Part shown: positions 30,991-40,376 of the stretch, piece after piece | Position numbering within the stretch: the first letter of the stretch is position 1 | Layout of the letters: each line of letters begins with the position of its first letter | NCBI GenBank assembly: GCA_035416785.1 | Contig: DAOLNX010000001.1 | Span: 9,790-73,789, forward strand | Length of the DNA: 64,000 bases | Source: Smithellaceae bacterium | Lineage (GTDB): Bacteria; Desulfobacterota; Syntrophia; Syntrophales; Smithellaceae | Reading direction: 5' to 3' | Notes under the pieces: model-generated | The model's database searches: none | What the model saw: only the letters and a program-made list of their open reading frames with translations | Told to the model about the DNA's origin: nothing | Made by a program: the position numbers and the translations under genes

Positions 30991-31746
30991 TTGCTGGCTG
31001 CCGAAGTTTCCAAACAGGATTTGTTTAAGGCCTGTGAGTCGCTTTTTGGTTCGGATATTGATGTGTCGGTTGAATTTTTGCGTTATCTGAAACCATCCGG
31101 TGTCAAGGCTGCCTATCGCAGGAAAGCTATGGAAACGCATCCGGACCGCGCGGCGGCATTGGACGGCCATGCGGATTTTATGGCGGATCGTTTCAAAGAG
31201 GTTAGTCTGGCCTACCAGTTGCTTCAGGATTTTCTGGCAGCGCCCTGGAAGTATTCGCTGGATGAAAGCGGGACGCTTTACAAACGGAAACCACCTGCCG
31301 AACGTCCAGCGGACAGACGCCGCGAGACTGAACCTGCTCCGAAAGTGGAGCCACACTATGCCGGCCGGATGCCGTCCCGGAGACTCCTGTTTGGTCAGTA
31401 TCTTTATTATGCGGGACATGTTTCACTCTCCACGCTGGTGAAGGCGATTGTCTGGCAGCGGATGCAGCGTCCGTCGGTTGGCGCCATCGCCGTCAGCTGG
31501 GGGTGGCTGGAAGGCGGCGACATCGGAGATATTTTGCGCAACCGGAGATATGGAGAAAAATTTGGAGAATGCGCTTTTCGTCTGGGACGCCTGTCCCGGC
31601 ATCAGTTGGCGCAACTGCTGGAAAAACAAAAACAGTCTCAGCCGTTAATCGGCAAATATTTCATGGAACAAAACATTCTTTCCGCCCAGGATCTGTTTAA
31701 ACGAATCGTGGACATGAAAGTCCATAACAAGAAATTCTGGAAATAA
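30991..31746 (+). CDS. J-domain (DnaJ-like) protein with uncharacterised C-terminal region
   Basis: The HPD motif in KAAYRRKAMETHPDRAA is followed by FKEVSLAYQLL. TTG start after AAGGAAGGA. Confidence 0.7.
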   Translation: MLAAEVSKQDLFKACESLFGSDIDVSVEFLRYLKPSGVKAAYRRKAMETHPDRAAALDGHADFMADRFKEVSLAYQLLQDFLAAPWKYSLDESGTLYKRKPPAERPADRRRETEPAPKVEPHYAGRMPSRRLLFGQYLYYAGHVSLSTLVKAIVWQRMQRPSVGAIAVSWGWLEGGDIGDILRNRRYGEKFGECAFRLGRLSRHQLAQLLEKQKQSQPLIGKYFMEQNILSAQDLFKRIVDMKVHNKKFWK

Positions 31747-31773
31747 GACCGGGAAACCCGGCAAAGAGACAGC

Positions 31774-32673
31774 TTACGAAATACTGGATTTTTCTTCCTT
31801 GGCGCTCTTGGCTTCCTCGGTCGTCGTCTGACGAGTGTCAAGTTGAACGGGTTTTGATTTTTTCCAGAAACGAAGGATTTTTTGCAAAAAACCACCGGAT
31901 TTTCTGACGCTTTCTCCAGCTGTCTGGGGGGTGTTGATCTTCAGCAAATAATCGTAAAAAAGTTTTCCTTCTGTAAATTCGGGATTCAGGCTCAAGGCCT
32001 TGTCGAGGAAATTCTCCGCTTTGTAAGCATCACCTGCCTCAAAATGCGCCCGCCCGATATTGTAATAAAGATTTTCATCTTCCGGGGAGATCAGAAGCAC
32101 TTTGGAATATTTTTCCAAGGCTTCGGTGAATAAGCCGTCTGCCCGACGCTGCATACCCATGTCATTATAATGGTTTGCAACGGCTTCCCGGATATCATCG
32201 CTTTCGTTGATCAGCTCCATGGCCTGGGGTAAATTGTTTTGATCCATATATTCAATGGCTTGGATGATTTTTTGACGAATTTCCTGAAGTTGTTTTTGTT
32301 TTTCCCGGTCTATTTCCAGTCTTTGGACTTCCGCGGCTTCTTCGTCTTTTTTAATACGCTCAATAATCTCTTCTTCCTGGGCCACGATCATGCTTTTGAT
32401 AAATTCCAGGTTGGTATCCAAGTCGGAGTCTCCGAAGGATATTACTCCAAATATTTCCTGAAATTTCTTGTGTTTTGCCAGGTTGTTTAAGAAAATATCG
32501 ATGCCGCCATCGAGTTCTCTCTTTTCTTTATCTGTTTTGGGAATCGAAGGTGTTTTTTCGATCACCTCTTTAAAGGTGATCAGACTGGCGGCGATTTTGC
32601 CCTGTCGAAGCTGCATTTCGCATTGATGGAAGCGATGAAAAAGATCAGCTATCGTTGTGATTTTTGTTGCCAT
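31774..32673 (-). CDS. TPR-repeat/coiled-coil protein
   Basis: 299 aa with C-terminal TPR-like repeats (YYNIGRAHFEAGDAYKAENFLDKALSLNP). It is the last gene of the reverse-strand operon. Confidence 0.6.
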   Translation of the reverse strand: MATKITTIADLFHRFHQCEMQLRQGKIAASLITFKEVIEKTPSIPKTDKEKRELDGGIDIFLNNLAKHKKFQEIFGVISFGDSDLDTNLEFIKSMIVAQEEEIIERIKKDEEAAEVQRLEIDREKQKQLQEIRQKIIQAIEYMDQNNLPQAMELINESDDIREAVANHYNDMGMQRRADGLFTEALEKYSKVLLISPEDENLYYNIGRAHFEAGDAYKAENFLDKALSLNPEFTEGKLFYDYLLKINTPQTAGESVRKSGGFLQKILRFWKKSKPVQLDTRQTTTEEAKSAKEEKSSIS

Positions 32674-32687
32674 TGCCTCTCTCGCAT

Positions 32688-33380
32688 TCAGGGTAAATAA
32701 ATGGAAAAGATGCCGCCGCCCAGAGATCCGCCATTCATAACGGAAATAAAGCCTTTTTTATCGTTGTTGACGTGCATGCCTGCAACCATGAGTGAAAAAT
32801 AAAGACCCAACCCTGTGCTTCCGGTTTTAAAGTCGATTTCCTTCTTGAATTCCGGCTGCTTGTTTTCATTAATCAGCATGGAGGGCGGATAGCCCCTCCC
32901 GTCATCCTCAATTTGCAAAACCAGATAGCCATTTTCTGTAAAGGCTCGGATTTTTACTGTATTCTGTGCGTAGCGGAACGCATTGTTAATGACATTGTCC
33001 AAAACACCCGCTACCAGATTTCTGTCGAATGCCCAGAACAGACCTTCTTCAGACTCGGTGTAAAGGTGGATGCCTCGGGAATTCAGTAAAATTTCATGGG
33101 TTGTGGCCACTTCGTCGAGCACATCCTCAATGGCCTGATAATCGATATTCGCGGAAAGTTGTGATTTTTCCGCCTTGTAAAGCGAAAGCAAACGAATCAG
33201 GCTGTTGTTCAGACGCTGGATTTCGTATTGCATGGCATAAAATTCCTCATGTCTGTCGCAATTCTTTTCACGGCAGCTGACAATAATGTCGTCGATATTG
33301 TTCAATAAAACCCCCAGGGAGTTTTTGGTGTCGTGCAGGGTGGACGCCAGAATGTCGGCAAAATTCATTTTATTATCCAT
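32688..33380 (-). CDS. Small soluble histidine kinase (DHp + HATPase_c, no sensor domain)
   Basis: H-box LHDTKNSL, N-box DNVINNAFRYA, G1 EDDGRGYP and G2 GSTGLGLYFS. Start ATG 33380 overlaps the upstream stop by 8 nt. The ORF-track start at 33497 is probably an upstream extension. Confidence 0.75.
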   Translation of the reverse strand: MDNKMNFADILASTLHDTKNSLGVLLNNIDDIIVSCREKNCDRHEEFYAMQYEIQRLNNSLIRLLSLYKAEKSQLSANIDYQAIEDVLDEVATTHEILLNSRGIHLYTESEEGLFWAFDRNLVAGVLDNVINNAFRYAQNTVKIRAFTENGYLVLQIEDDGRGYPPSMLINENKQPEFKKEIDFKTGSTGLGLYFSLMVAGMHVNNDKKGFISVMNGGSLGGGIFSIYLP

Positions 33381-35013
33381 ATTGTTCCTCAGTGCATAGA
33401 TCCCGGTACATGACCAGCAGGGCGGCCAAGTCGGCATAATTTTCGTCGATTTTCCGGACTTTATCGAGATAGGATTTGGCGCGAGCAAGATACTCATTGT
33501 TTACGCCTGTTTCCCTCATGTAGAGCATGAGAACCTGTGCCGCATTGGCATTGATAATTTTGTTGTCCGGCAGTTGTCCGGCGGCCTTTTCAAAGTAGGC
33601 AATCGCTTCCGTCAGTCTGCCTTCCTGGGCCAGTTTGACGCCTTCATTGTTGAGGCGGATGATTTCGTCTCTTGTGGTTTTAATCAGAGCGTCTCCCTTG
33701 TCGGTCATGCCCATATCTCTGAAAATCATGCGCACGTCATCCAACGCTTTCTCATTGTCATGATTGCTGCTGACGATATTTTTGATAATCGCTTCACCTT
33801 TTTCTTCGTTACCGGTCAGGAAATAGGCTTGAGCCAAATCCAGCGCCAGATGGCTGGGAATGTCCCCTTGCATGTTTTCGGCAAGCTTCTGTGCGTCGGT
33901 TAAAGAGCGCTTGGCCTCGTCGATTTTGTTCATCTTGGTATAGACAAAGCTTTCCGCAACGCTCAAGTGCAATTGCGCATCGTTGTCGTTGGGAAACTCC
34001 TTTGTCGCGCTTCCCAGCACTTTCAAGCCTTCCTCGGCGTTGTCGCAATGAACCAAGGTTTTTGCCAGACTGGTGTAATCGGAAGAATTCTTGTAGCAGG
34101 AATTCTTGCCCTGTTCCACGGCGGCTTTAAAAGAGGTTTCCGCGGTTTTGAAGTCCTCATTTCGGTAGGCGATGTTTCCCAGATTTTTTTGCCGGAGAAG
34201 CGCTCTCGGTGAAATATTCACTGCCTTCATGAGAATTTGCTGTGCTTCCTGCGCATTGTTCAGCTTCAACAGGGTTTCCGCTAGATAATCATAGGCGGGC
34301 ATGAGTTTGTTGTTGTGGGAAATGATGTATTCAAAAATATCTTTTGCCCGTTCATAATTGCCTCTTAATAACTCTACACGCCCCCGACCCAATTGTGCCC
34401 ATCCGACATTGCCCATGCGCATAATCTTGTCATAAAAATCGGCCGCGCGCGGATAATCCGCCTTTTTCAGAAGCACTTCTCCCTTGAGAGACATAATTTC
34501 CGAAAGGTTTCCGGGATTTGTCGCCAGTAATTCGTCACATATCCGCAGTGCGCTGTCAAAATCCTTGTTCAGAATTGCTCTTTCCACATCGCGGATATTT
34601 TCCTTCTTTGCAGCAATGTTTTTGATTCTTTTTTCCAGAACTTCCTTGGCGAAAGGTTTCATGATGTAAGAATCCGGTTGATATTCCATTGCACTCATGA
34701 TCATTTCCGCCGTATTTTCCGCGGTAATCATGATGAAGATACTGGAATATCCGATGTAGCCGCGGAATTTTCCTTCTTCCAGAACCTGCTGACCTGATTT
34801 TCCCGAACCCAGATTATAATCACACAGAACAATGTCAAATCGGCGAAGCGCTAATTTCCGCACCGCTTCTTCTCCGCTCGCGGCGTCATCAATATACATG
34901 ATGCCGAAAGACCTTAACATATTCTTAATGGTCAGCCGGAAATTGAAGAAATCATCAACAACCAGGACCCTTTTCATCTTTAGATTAATCAGTGGTTTGT
35001 CATCTGTTTTCAC
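33373..35013 (-). CDS. Response regulator receiver domain fused to a long TPR array
   Basis: REC domain (MKRVLVVDD...DIVLCDYNL...IMITA...KPF) followed by about 10 TPR-like repeats. Starts at GTG 35013 or ATG 34977 are both possible. Confidence 0.85.
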   Translation of the reverse strand: MKTDDKPLINLKMKRVLVVDDFFNFRLTIKNMLRSFGIMYIDDAASGEEAVRKLALRRFDIVLCDYNLGSGKSGQQVLEEGKFRGYIGYSSIFIMITAENTAEMIMSAMEYQPDSYIMKPFAKEVLEKRIKNIAAKKENIRDVERAILNKDFDSALRICDELLATNPGNLSEIMSLKGEVLLKKADYPRAADFYDKIMRMGNVGWAQLGRGRVELLRGNYERAKDIFEYIISHNNKLMPAYDYLAETLLKLNNAQEAQQILMKAVNISPRALLRQKNLGNIAYRNEDFKTAETSFKAAVEQGKNSCYKNSSDYTSLAKTLVHCDNAEEGLKVLGSATKEFPNDNDAQLHLSVAESFVYTKMNKIDEAKRSLTDAQKLAENMQGDIPSHLALDLAQAYFLTGNEEKGEAIIKNIVSSNHDNEKALDDVRMIFRDMGMTDKGDALIKTTRDEIIRLNNEGVKLAQEGRLTEAIAYFEKAAGQLPDNKIINANAAQVLMLYMRETGVNNEYLARAKSYLDKVRKIDENYADLAALLVMYRDLCTEEQYG

Positions 35014-35253
35014 TTTACACCCAAAAAGATGTATGGATTAAAGTTGCCGTATCTGCACAACATAAAAAACTTGTTCGTCCGAAACAATTGAGCACTTCTT
35101 TAGAATATTTTTCAGAAAAACGCCAGAGCATTCAAACCCATTTTTTCTTTCTGTCTGTCAATGCGTTTTCAAGCTTTTTCTTGCACCGGCTGAGAAAATA
35201 TGTTTGTAAATCAGCGTGTAATTAATAATTTTATTGTTATTATATGGATTTAC

Positions 35254-38200
35254 ATGCCACAACAGTCGTATCACATCCGATGGTCCATTGTTTTTTTTAC
35301 CGCTGTTATCGTCGGGCTGCTTTTCTTTTGGGAAACTACCCATTTAAAAATTGAAACGGACATTCTGGAATCCATGCCGCATTCCGATCCGGTTTTAAAT
35401 GACGCTCGTCAGGTGATCACACATTTACCTGTTCAGGACCGGGTATTTCTTGATTTGGAACAGGCTGTTCCCGATCGCGACAAGTTGGCTGGGGCGGCCG
35501 GCTTTGTTACCAGGAAGTTGAAAGAAAGCGGCTTGTTTTCTAAGGTTGGAGTTGGTGATGAAGCCAGTCATTTTCCGGAGCTGATCGCTCATGTCCACAA
35601 CCATCTGCCATCCCTTTTGAGTCAATCTGATCTGGAACAAAGAATCCAGCCGCTTCTGCAACCGGAAAAAATTCGACAGGTGATGATGCAAAACCGGCAA
35701 AGTTTAGAGCAGCTTGAGGGAATTGGTCGGGCGGAGATGATGGCCAAGGATCCTCTGGGTTTTTCCGGTTTGATTCTGGAGCGGTTATCTGTTCTGCTTC
35801 CATCTGGCGGTGTTCAATATCATCAGGGGCAGCTGCTTTCCGCCGATGGCCGGCACGCGTTGATAATTGCGCGCATCAAAGGGTCGGGGACAGATTCGGT
35901 TCGCGCTGCTCAAATTGAAAAACTTCTTGCGGATTGCAGGAAAGAACTGGCACTTTATGATCATAGCCCAAATCAGTATCTTTTGTCTTCTGTTGGATCT
36001 TATCGGGCGGCATTGGACAATGAAACCATTGCCAGACGCGACACGCGTCTGGCAATCATATTGACAACGCTCGTGATCGGTCTGCTGCTCATCCTGGCGT
36101 TTCCCCGTCCGCTTATCGGCCTTTTGGCTCTTCTGCCCTCGTCTGTGGGTGCGATTGCGGCCTTGTTCGTCTGTTCCTGGCTGTTTCCATCTATGTCTTT
36201 ACTGGCAGTAGGTTTTGGTGGCGCCATTATGGCATTTACCGTTGATCTTGGACTAACGTATCTGCTGTTTTTGGACAGGTCTTACGCCACTTTAGGGAAA
36301 CAGGCGGCGCGGGAGGTCTGGTTGGCGGAATTAACGGCAGTGATGACAACGGTAGGTGCGTTTCTGACGCTTTTGATCAGCGATTTTCGCATTATGGCCC
36401 AGATTGGCGTATTTGCCGCCTTGGGCGTGACTTTTACTTTTACCTTTGTCCATTTTGTTTTTCCGAAAATTTTTCCGGCCATGCCACCGGCAAGGTCCCG
36501 CACCAACCGTTTTCTGCAAAGTGTGGTGGAAAAATTTGCGGCGCCAGCAAAGTGGAAACTGGCTGGAGCCTTCGGTTTTGCCTTGGTCATGTTGATCTTT
36601 GCCAAGCCGGTGTTCCATGTTGATCTCCAGGCGATGAATTCCGTGAGTCCTGAAACGCTTAAAGCGGAAAAAAAAATACAAGAGATCTGGGGAAATCTGT
36701 CCGGTAAATGCTATGTTCTGCTCGAAGCTCCAACCATCGAGAATCTGAGGCAAAAGGACGAACGATTGTCGGCTTTTCTGGCAGAGGCCATGAATCAGGA
36801 GAAGATTAAAAGCGCTATGCTGCCGTCGGTGCTTTTTCCATCGGATGAGGCGGCGCGCCGCAATTTTGCAGCCTGGCAAACATTCTGGACGCCCGGACGT
36901 CTTGGCGCGCTCGAAAATGCTTTGCATGATGCCGCAGGAGAAAATGGTTTTGCCGTTGATGCGTTTGATTCTTTTTGGAAAATGATGACCTCCTCCGGAC
37001 CGGTTTCCTCTCCAATACCGAAAACTTATTTTGATATGTTGGGCATTGCAAAAACGGCAGATGGATTTGCGCAAGTGACTCTGGTATCCGTTGGTTCTCA
37101 TTACAACGCCGAGGAGTTCTTTTCATTTCTTCATCAAAACAGCCTGGCCAGATTGTTTGATGCCGGTTTATTCAGCAGGCAGCTGGGGAATTTACTCAAA
37201 AGCCTGTTCATCAAAATTGCCCTGATGGTTACGATTGGCATTATTGCACTCATTTTTCTTTTCTTTTTGGATTGGCGTTTGTCTCTAGCTGTGCTTTTAC
37301 CAAGCGCCTTTGCGCTTTGCGCCACAATGGGTACGCTGCGAATGATCGGTCATCCGCTGGATATTCCCGGTATTATGCTCTGGATTGTCATTTTGGGCAT
37401 GGGAATCGACTATGCCTTGTATTATGTATGTTCTTATCAGCGACATCCCGATGAGAACTCTCCGACAATCAAGACCATTCAATTGTCCATTTTTCTGTCT
37501 GCCGCCACAACGTTCATCGGTTTTGGCGTGCTGGCCCTGGCTGAGCATTCGCTATTGCGAAGCATTGGTCTTGTGTCTCTTGCCGGTATTGGTTACTCCC
37601 TGATCGGCGTATATTTTATCCTGCCCACACTGATGCAGAAGATCTTTGCGCCCTATCCGTTTCCGGAAAGCGACGTTTTAGCCGGTTCCCAAGAGCATTT
37701 GCGGCGGACGGTGTTACGATACCGGCATTTGCCCGGATATCACAGAGTATTTGCACGTTTGAAAATTCTAATGGATCCGATGTTTCGGGAGCTGCACCAA
37801 TATGTAAAGAATCCCCGAAGGATTATCGACATTGGTTGTGGCTACGGCGTTCCTTCGACATGGCTTCTGGAAATTTATCCGCAGGCCAAAGTTTTCGGTC
37901 TGGAACCGGATGAGGAAAGAGTGCTGATCGCCAATCGCGTTATCGGCACGCGAGGATATGTGGAAACAGGTGCCGCGCCCAATCTTCCTTTCGTGGAAGG
38001 TCGGGTTGATTACGCACTGATGCTGGATATGCTACATTTTTTAACTGCGGAGGAAATGCGTCTGGTGTTCGATCGGATTTACCGGAAATTGGATGAAGGC
38101 GGCACGCTGCTGATCCGTACGACGATTCCTTCAGAGATCAAAGTGCCTTGGAAACGATGGCTTGAAGTGGTGCGGCTGAAAATGACAGGCATACGGGAGC

Positions 38201-38331
38201 ATTTCCATCAGGAAAATGAGATCACGGGCTTAATGACGGCTGCCGGATTTTCTGCTGTCGTTCATCCTTCTTGCCGCTCGGGTGTGGAAGAAAAGTGGTT
38301 TGTGGGGAAAAAGGTGCAGGTTGAAAACTGA
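35254..38331 (+). CDS. MMPL/RND-superfamily exporter fused to a C-terminal class I SAM methyltransferase
   Basis: Two blocks of multiple hydrophobic helices separated by large loops (MMPL architecture). The last ~230 aa carry motif I IIDIGCGYG and DEGGTLLIRT. The ORF is open from 35200. Confidence 0.85.
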   Translation: MPQQSYHIRWSIVFFTAVIVGLLFFWETTHLKIETDILESMPHSDPVLNDARQVITHLPVQDRVFLDLEQAVPDRDKLAGAAGFVTRKLKESGLFSKVGVGDEASHFPELIAHVHNHLPSLLSQSDLEQRIQPLLQPEKIRQVMMQNRQSLEQLEGIGRAEMMAKDPLGFSGLILERLSVLLPSGGVQYHQGQLLSADGRHALIIARIKGSGTDSVRAAQIEKLLADCRKELALYDHSPNQYLLSSVGSYRAALDNETIARRDTRLAIILTTLVIGLLLILAFPRPLIGLLALLPSSVGAIAALFVCSWLFPSMSLLAVGFGGAIMAFTVDLGLTYLLFLDRSYATLGKQAAREVWLAELTAVMTTVGAFLTLLISDFRIMAQIGVFAALGVTFTFTFVHFVFPKIFPAMPPARSRTNRFLQSVVEKFAAPAKWKLAGAFGFALVMLIFAKPVFHVDLQAMNSVSPETLKAEKKIQEIWGNLSGKCYVLLEAPTIENLRQKDERLSAFLAEAMNQEKIKSAMLPSVLFPSDEAARRNFAAWQTFWTPGRLGALENALHDAAGENGFAVDAFDSFWKMMTSSGPVSSPIPKTYFDMLGIAKTADGFAQVTLVSVGSHYNAEEFFSFLHQNSLARLFDAGLFSRQLGNLLKSLFIKIALMVTIGIIALIFLFFLDWRLSLAVLLPSAFALCATMGTLRMIGHPLDIPGIMLWIVILGMGIDYALYYVCSYQRHPDENSPTIKTIQLSIFLSAATTFIGFGVLALAEHSLLRSIGLVSLAGIGYSLIGVYFILPTLMQKIFAPYPFPESDVLAGSQEHLRRTVLRYRHLPGYHRVFARLKILMDPMFRELHQYVKNPRRIIDIGCGYGVPSTWLLEIYPQAKVFGLEPDEERVLIANRVIGTRGYVETGAAPNLPFVEGRVDYALMLDMLHFLTAEEMRLVFDRIYRKLDEGGTLLIRTTIPSEIKVPWKRWLEVVRLKMTGIREHFHQENEITGLMTAAGFSAVVHPSCRSGVEEKWFVGKKVQVEN

Positions 38332-38344
38332 ATCGCGGTGCGTT

Positions 38345-38382
38345 GGTCCAATGCAGAGATGAATGCGTCTCTGCATTGGACC
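38345..38382. terminator. Bidirectional hairpin between convergent genes
   Basis: Perfect 15-bp stem GGTCCAATGCAGAGA / TCTCTGCATTGGACC with an 8-nt loop. Confidence 0.6.
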
Positions 38383-38405
38383 ATTCTGCTTCCTGAAGGA
38401 TTTGG

Positions 38406-38735
38406 CTATTTAAAAATGGAGAAGACGGCATTTCGAATCTTTTCGATACCGCTTTTGTCCTTCATAATGGCTTCCAGTTCTCCCGCGTCAAGATGTACAG
38501 CCCCGCATTTATCGTTGATGCACACATCAATTTTTACATTTCCATAATCAATTTCCGCCAGGCTTTGCGTGCCGCACCGGAAACAGTGGTTTCGGTGTTC
38601 TTCCTGGTATTTTTGATTCATTTCCTGCGAGATTTTTTCTCGCAACATCTTAATTTTCTTCTGTTCTTGTTCCTTGAAGTATAGATCTTCATGATCTCCC
38701 GTGCTGATTTTTACATTTAATTTCTCCTGCGCCAT
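38406..38735 (-). CDS. Zinc-ribbon (zf-TFIIB-like) domain protein
   Basis: CFRCGT...CINDKCGAVHLDAGELEAI matches the four-Cys ribbon plus the 'LD.GEL' motif of this small-protein family. The ORF is open from 38819, and ATG 38735 is likely. Confidence 0.6.
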   Translation of the reverse strand: MAQEKLNVKISTGDHEDLYFKEQEQKKIKMLREKISQEMNQKYQEEHRNHCFRCGTQSLAEIDYGNVKIDVCINDKCGAVHLDAGELEAIMKDKSGIEKIRNAVFSIFK

Positions 38736-39006
38736 TCCATCCTCCTTTTTATTGATGCTGTGGTGACCTTCAACCCACTTTTGTTGTATGAATTTTTTGC
38801 AATGAAAGTATATGCACAAGATCCTCCCATGTCAAATCAATATTGGGCAAAACCCTATTGGAAACGGGAATGAAGAAATCATGTATTTATTATACATGAA
38901 TAATCCACGAAAAATCACCAAATGTAGATATTGACAATACCTTTTCCTATCAGTAAGAAACCATATACATGATATGGATATTTAAGAAGATAAAGGGAAT
39001 GATTTT

Positions 39007-40278
39007 ATGGAAAATTTGAAAAAAGTACTCAACGATGGTGGTCGAAAAGTTTTCGAGTCGGATAACCTTTCACCCCGTGTAAAAGTTGGATTGTCCTCTG
39101 TTTCTTCTGATGACATCTACCGCATGCTTTTTCGTATGTCTCCCTACATGATTCTTCTGACCAGGCTGGGAGATGGAGAAATATATGATGTCAGTGATGT
39201 GTTTTGTCAAGTCATTGGATTCAAAAGAGAAGAATCCATTGGCAAGACCACTGTCCAACTGGGATTATGGCCGGACCAGGATAGGGGAAAAATGGTCAAA
39301 GTTCTTTTGCGGGATGGGGGATTCCGGAATATGGAGATTCGGCATCGTAAGAAAGACGGTGCAATCGTGAGCTTTTTGGTTTCCGGGGAATTGCTTCTGA
39401 CCGGCAATGAACACTACGTTCTTTCGGTCTCCGTGGATGTTACCGAACGGAAAGACCTGGAGAGTAAATTGCTGTCCATGCAGGCGTTCAACGATGCCGC
39501 GATTAACAGCATGCCGGGATTATTTTATGTTGTGGATGAGAATTTCAGATTTCTTCAATGGAATGAGAGTTTGCCGAATATCACCGGTTATACAAATGAA
39601 GAAATTCGCGATATGCAGGTTTTGGATCTTCATTCTGAAGAGATGCGCCTTACAATAGCCGAAGAGATAAAAAAGGTTTTCCAAAAGGGCGAGCATACCG
39701 CAGAAGCGAGTATGCGGTTGAAAGACGGCAGTGTGAAAATCTTTCTCTTTAACTCCAAAAGCATGCGTTATCAGGGGAAAAACTGCGTTATCGGCACGGC
39801 CACCGATATTACCGAGCTCAAGCAGGCCGAAAAGGAGATGACGCAATTTGCTAAAAATCTTGAAGATGCCAATACCGCCCTGCGTATTCTGATGCAGCAT
39901 AGGGACATGGCGCAAAAGGAAACGGAAGCAAAATTGCAGGCGAACATCAATGATCTTGTTATTCCCTATTTGAAAAAGCTGCAGAAAGCCTATCCGGACG
40001 AACGTTATCGTAGTTACCTGAATATTCTGGAGCAGAATCTTCGCAATGCCCTGTCCCCATTTATGAAAGATTTTCTGTCCTTTCATACAAACTTGACGAC
40101 TCAGGAAATTCACATTATCGATCTGATCAAAAAAGGGAAAAACACCAGTGAAATTGCCGCTATTCTCAGTTCCTCCGCGAAAACGGTGGCAACCCATAGA
40201 AACAATATCCGAAAAAAACTGAATCTGGTGAATTCAAAAACGAATCTTCGCTCGTACCTGCAGTCATCCTGGAAATAA
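39007..40278 (+). CDS. PAS-domain sensor / LuxR-family HTH transcriptional regulator
   Basis: Two PAS-like modules, then a C-terminal LuxR HTH (LTTQEIHIIDLIKKGKNTSEIAAILSSSAKTVATHRNNIRKKL). Confidence 0.85.
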   Translation: MENLKKVLNDGGRKVFESDNLSPRVKVGLSSVSSDDIYRMLFRMSPYMILLTRLGDGEIYDVSDVFCQVIGFKREESIGKTTVQLGLWPDQDRGKMVKVLLRDGGFRNMEIRHRKKDGAIVSFLVSGELLLTGNEHYVLSVSVDVTERKDLESKLLSMQAFNDAAINSMPGLFYVVDENFRFLQWNESLPNITGYTNEEIRDMQVLDLHSEEMRLTIAEEIKKVFQKGEHTAEASMRLKDGSVKIFLFNSKSMRYQGKNCVIGTATDITELKQAEKEMTQFAKNLEDANTALRILMQHRDMAQKETEAKLQANINDLVIPYLKKLQKAYPDERYRSYLNILEQNLRNALSPFMKDFLSFHTNLTTQEIHIIDLIKKGKNTSEIAAILSSSAKTVATHRNNIRKKLNLVNSKTNLRSYLQSSWK

Positions 40279-40376
40279 TGCATGATGGAGAACTGTTGAA
40301 AATTCCTTTCTCATCTTGCTTTGGTTAAAGGAGGTTTATGGTTTTCAACCAGTCCCCGGTTGACTATTAAGAAATT

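Noticed and set aside
36331-37101. 256-aa minus-strand ORF, plus similar long antisense ORFs at 9285-9941, 15725-16264, 19163-19693, 21698-22219, 24089-24682, 39520-40197, 50103-50774 and 51093-51749
   Set aside because: All lie fully inside well-supported genes on the opposite strand. Their biased, motif-free translations are typical of shadow ORFs.
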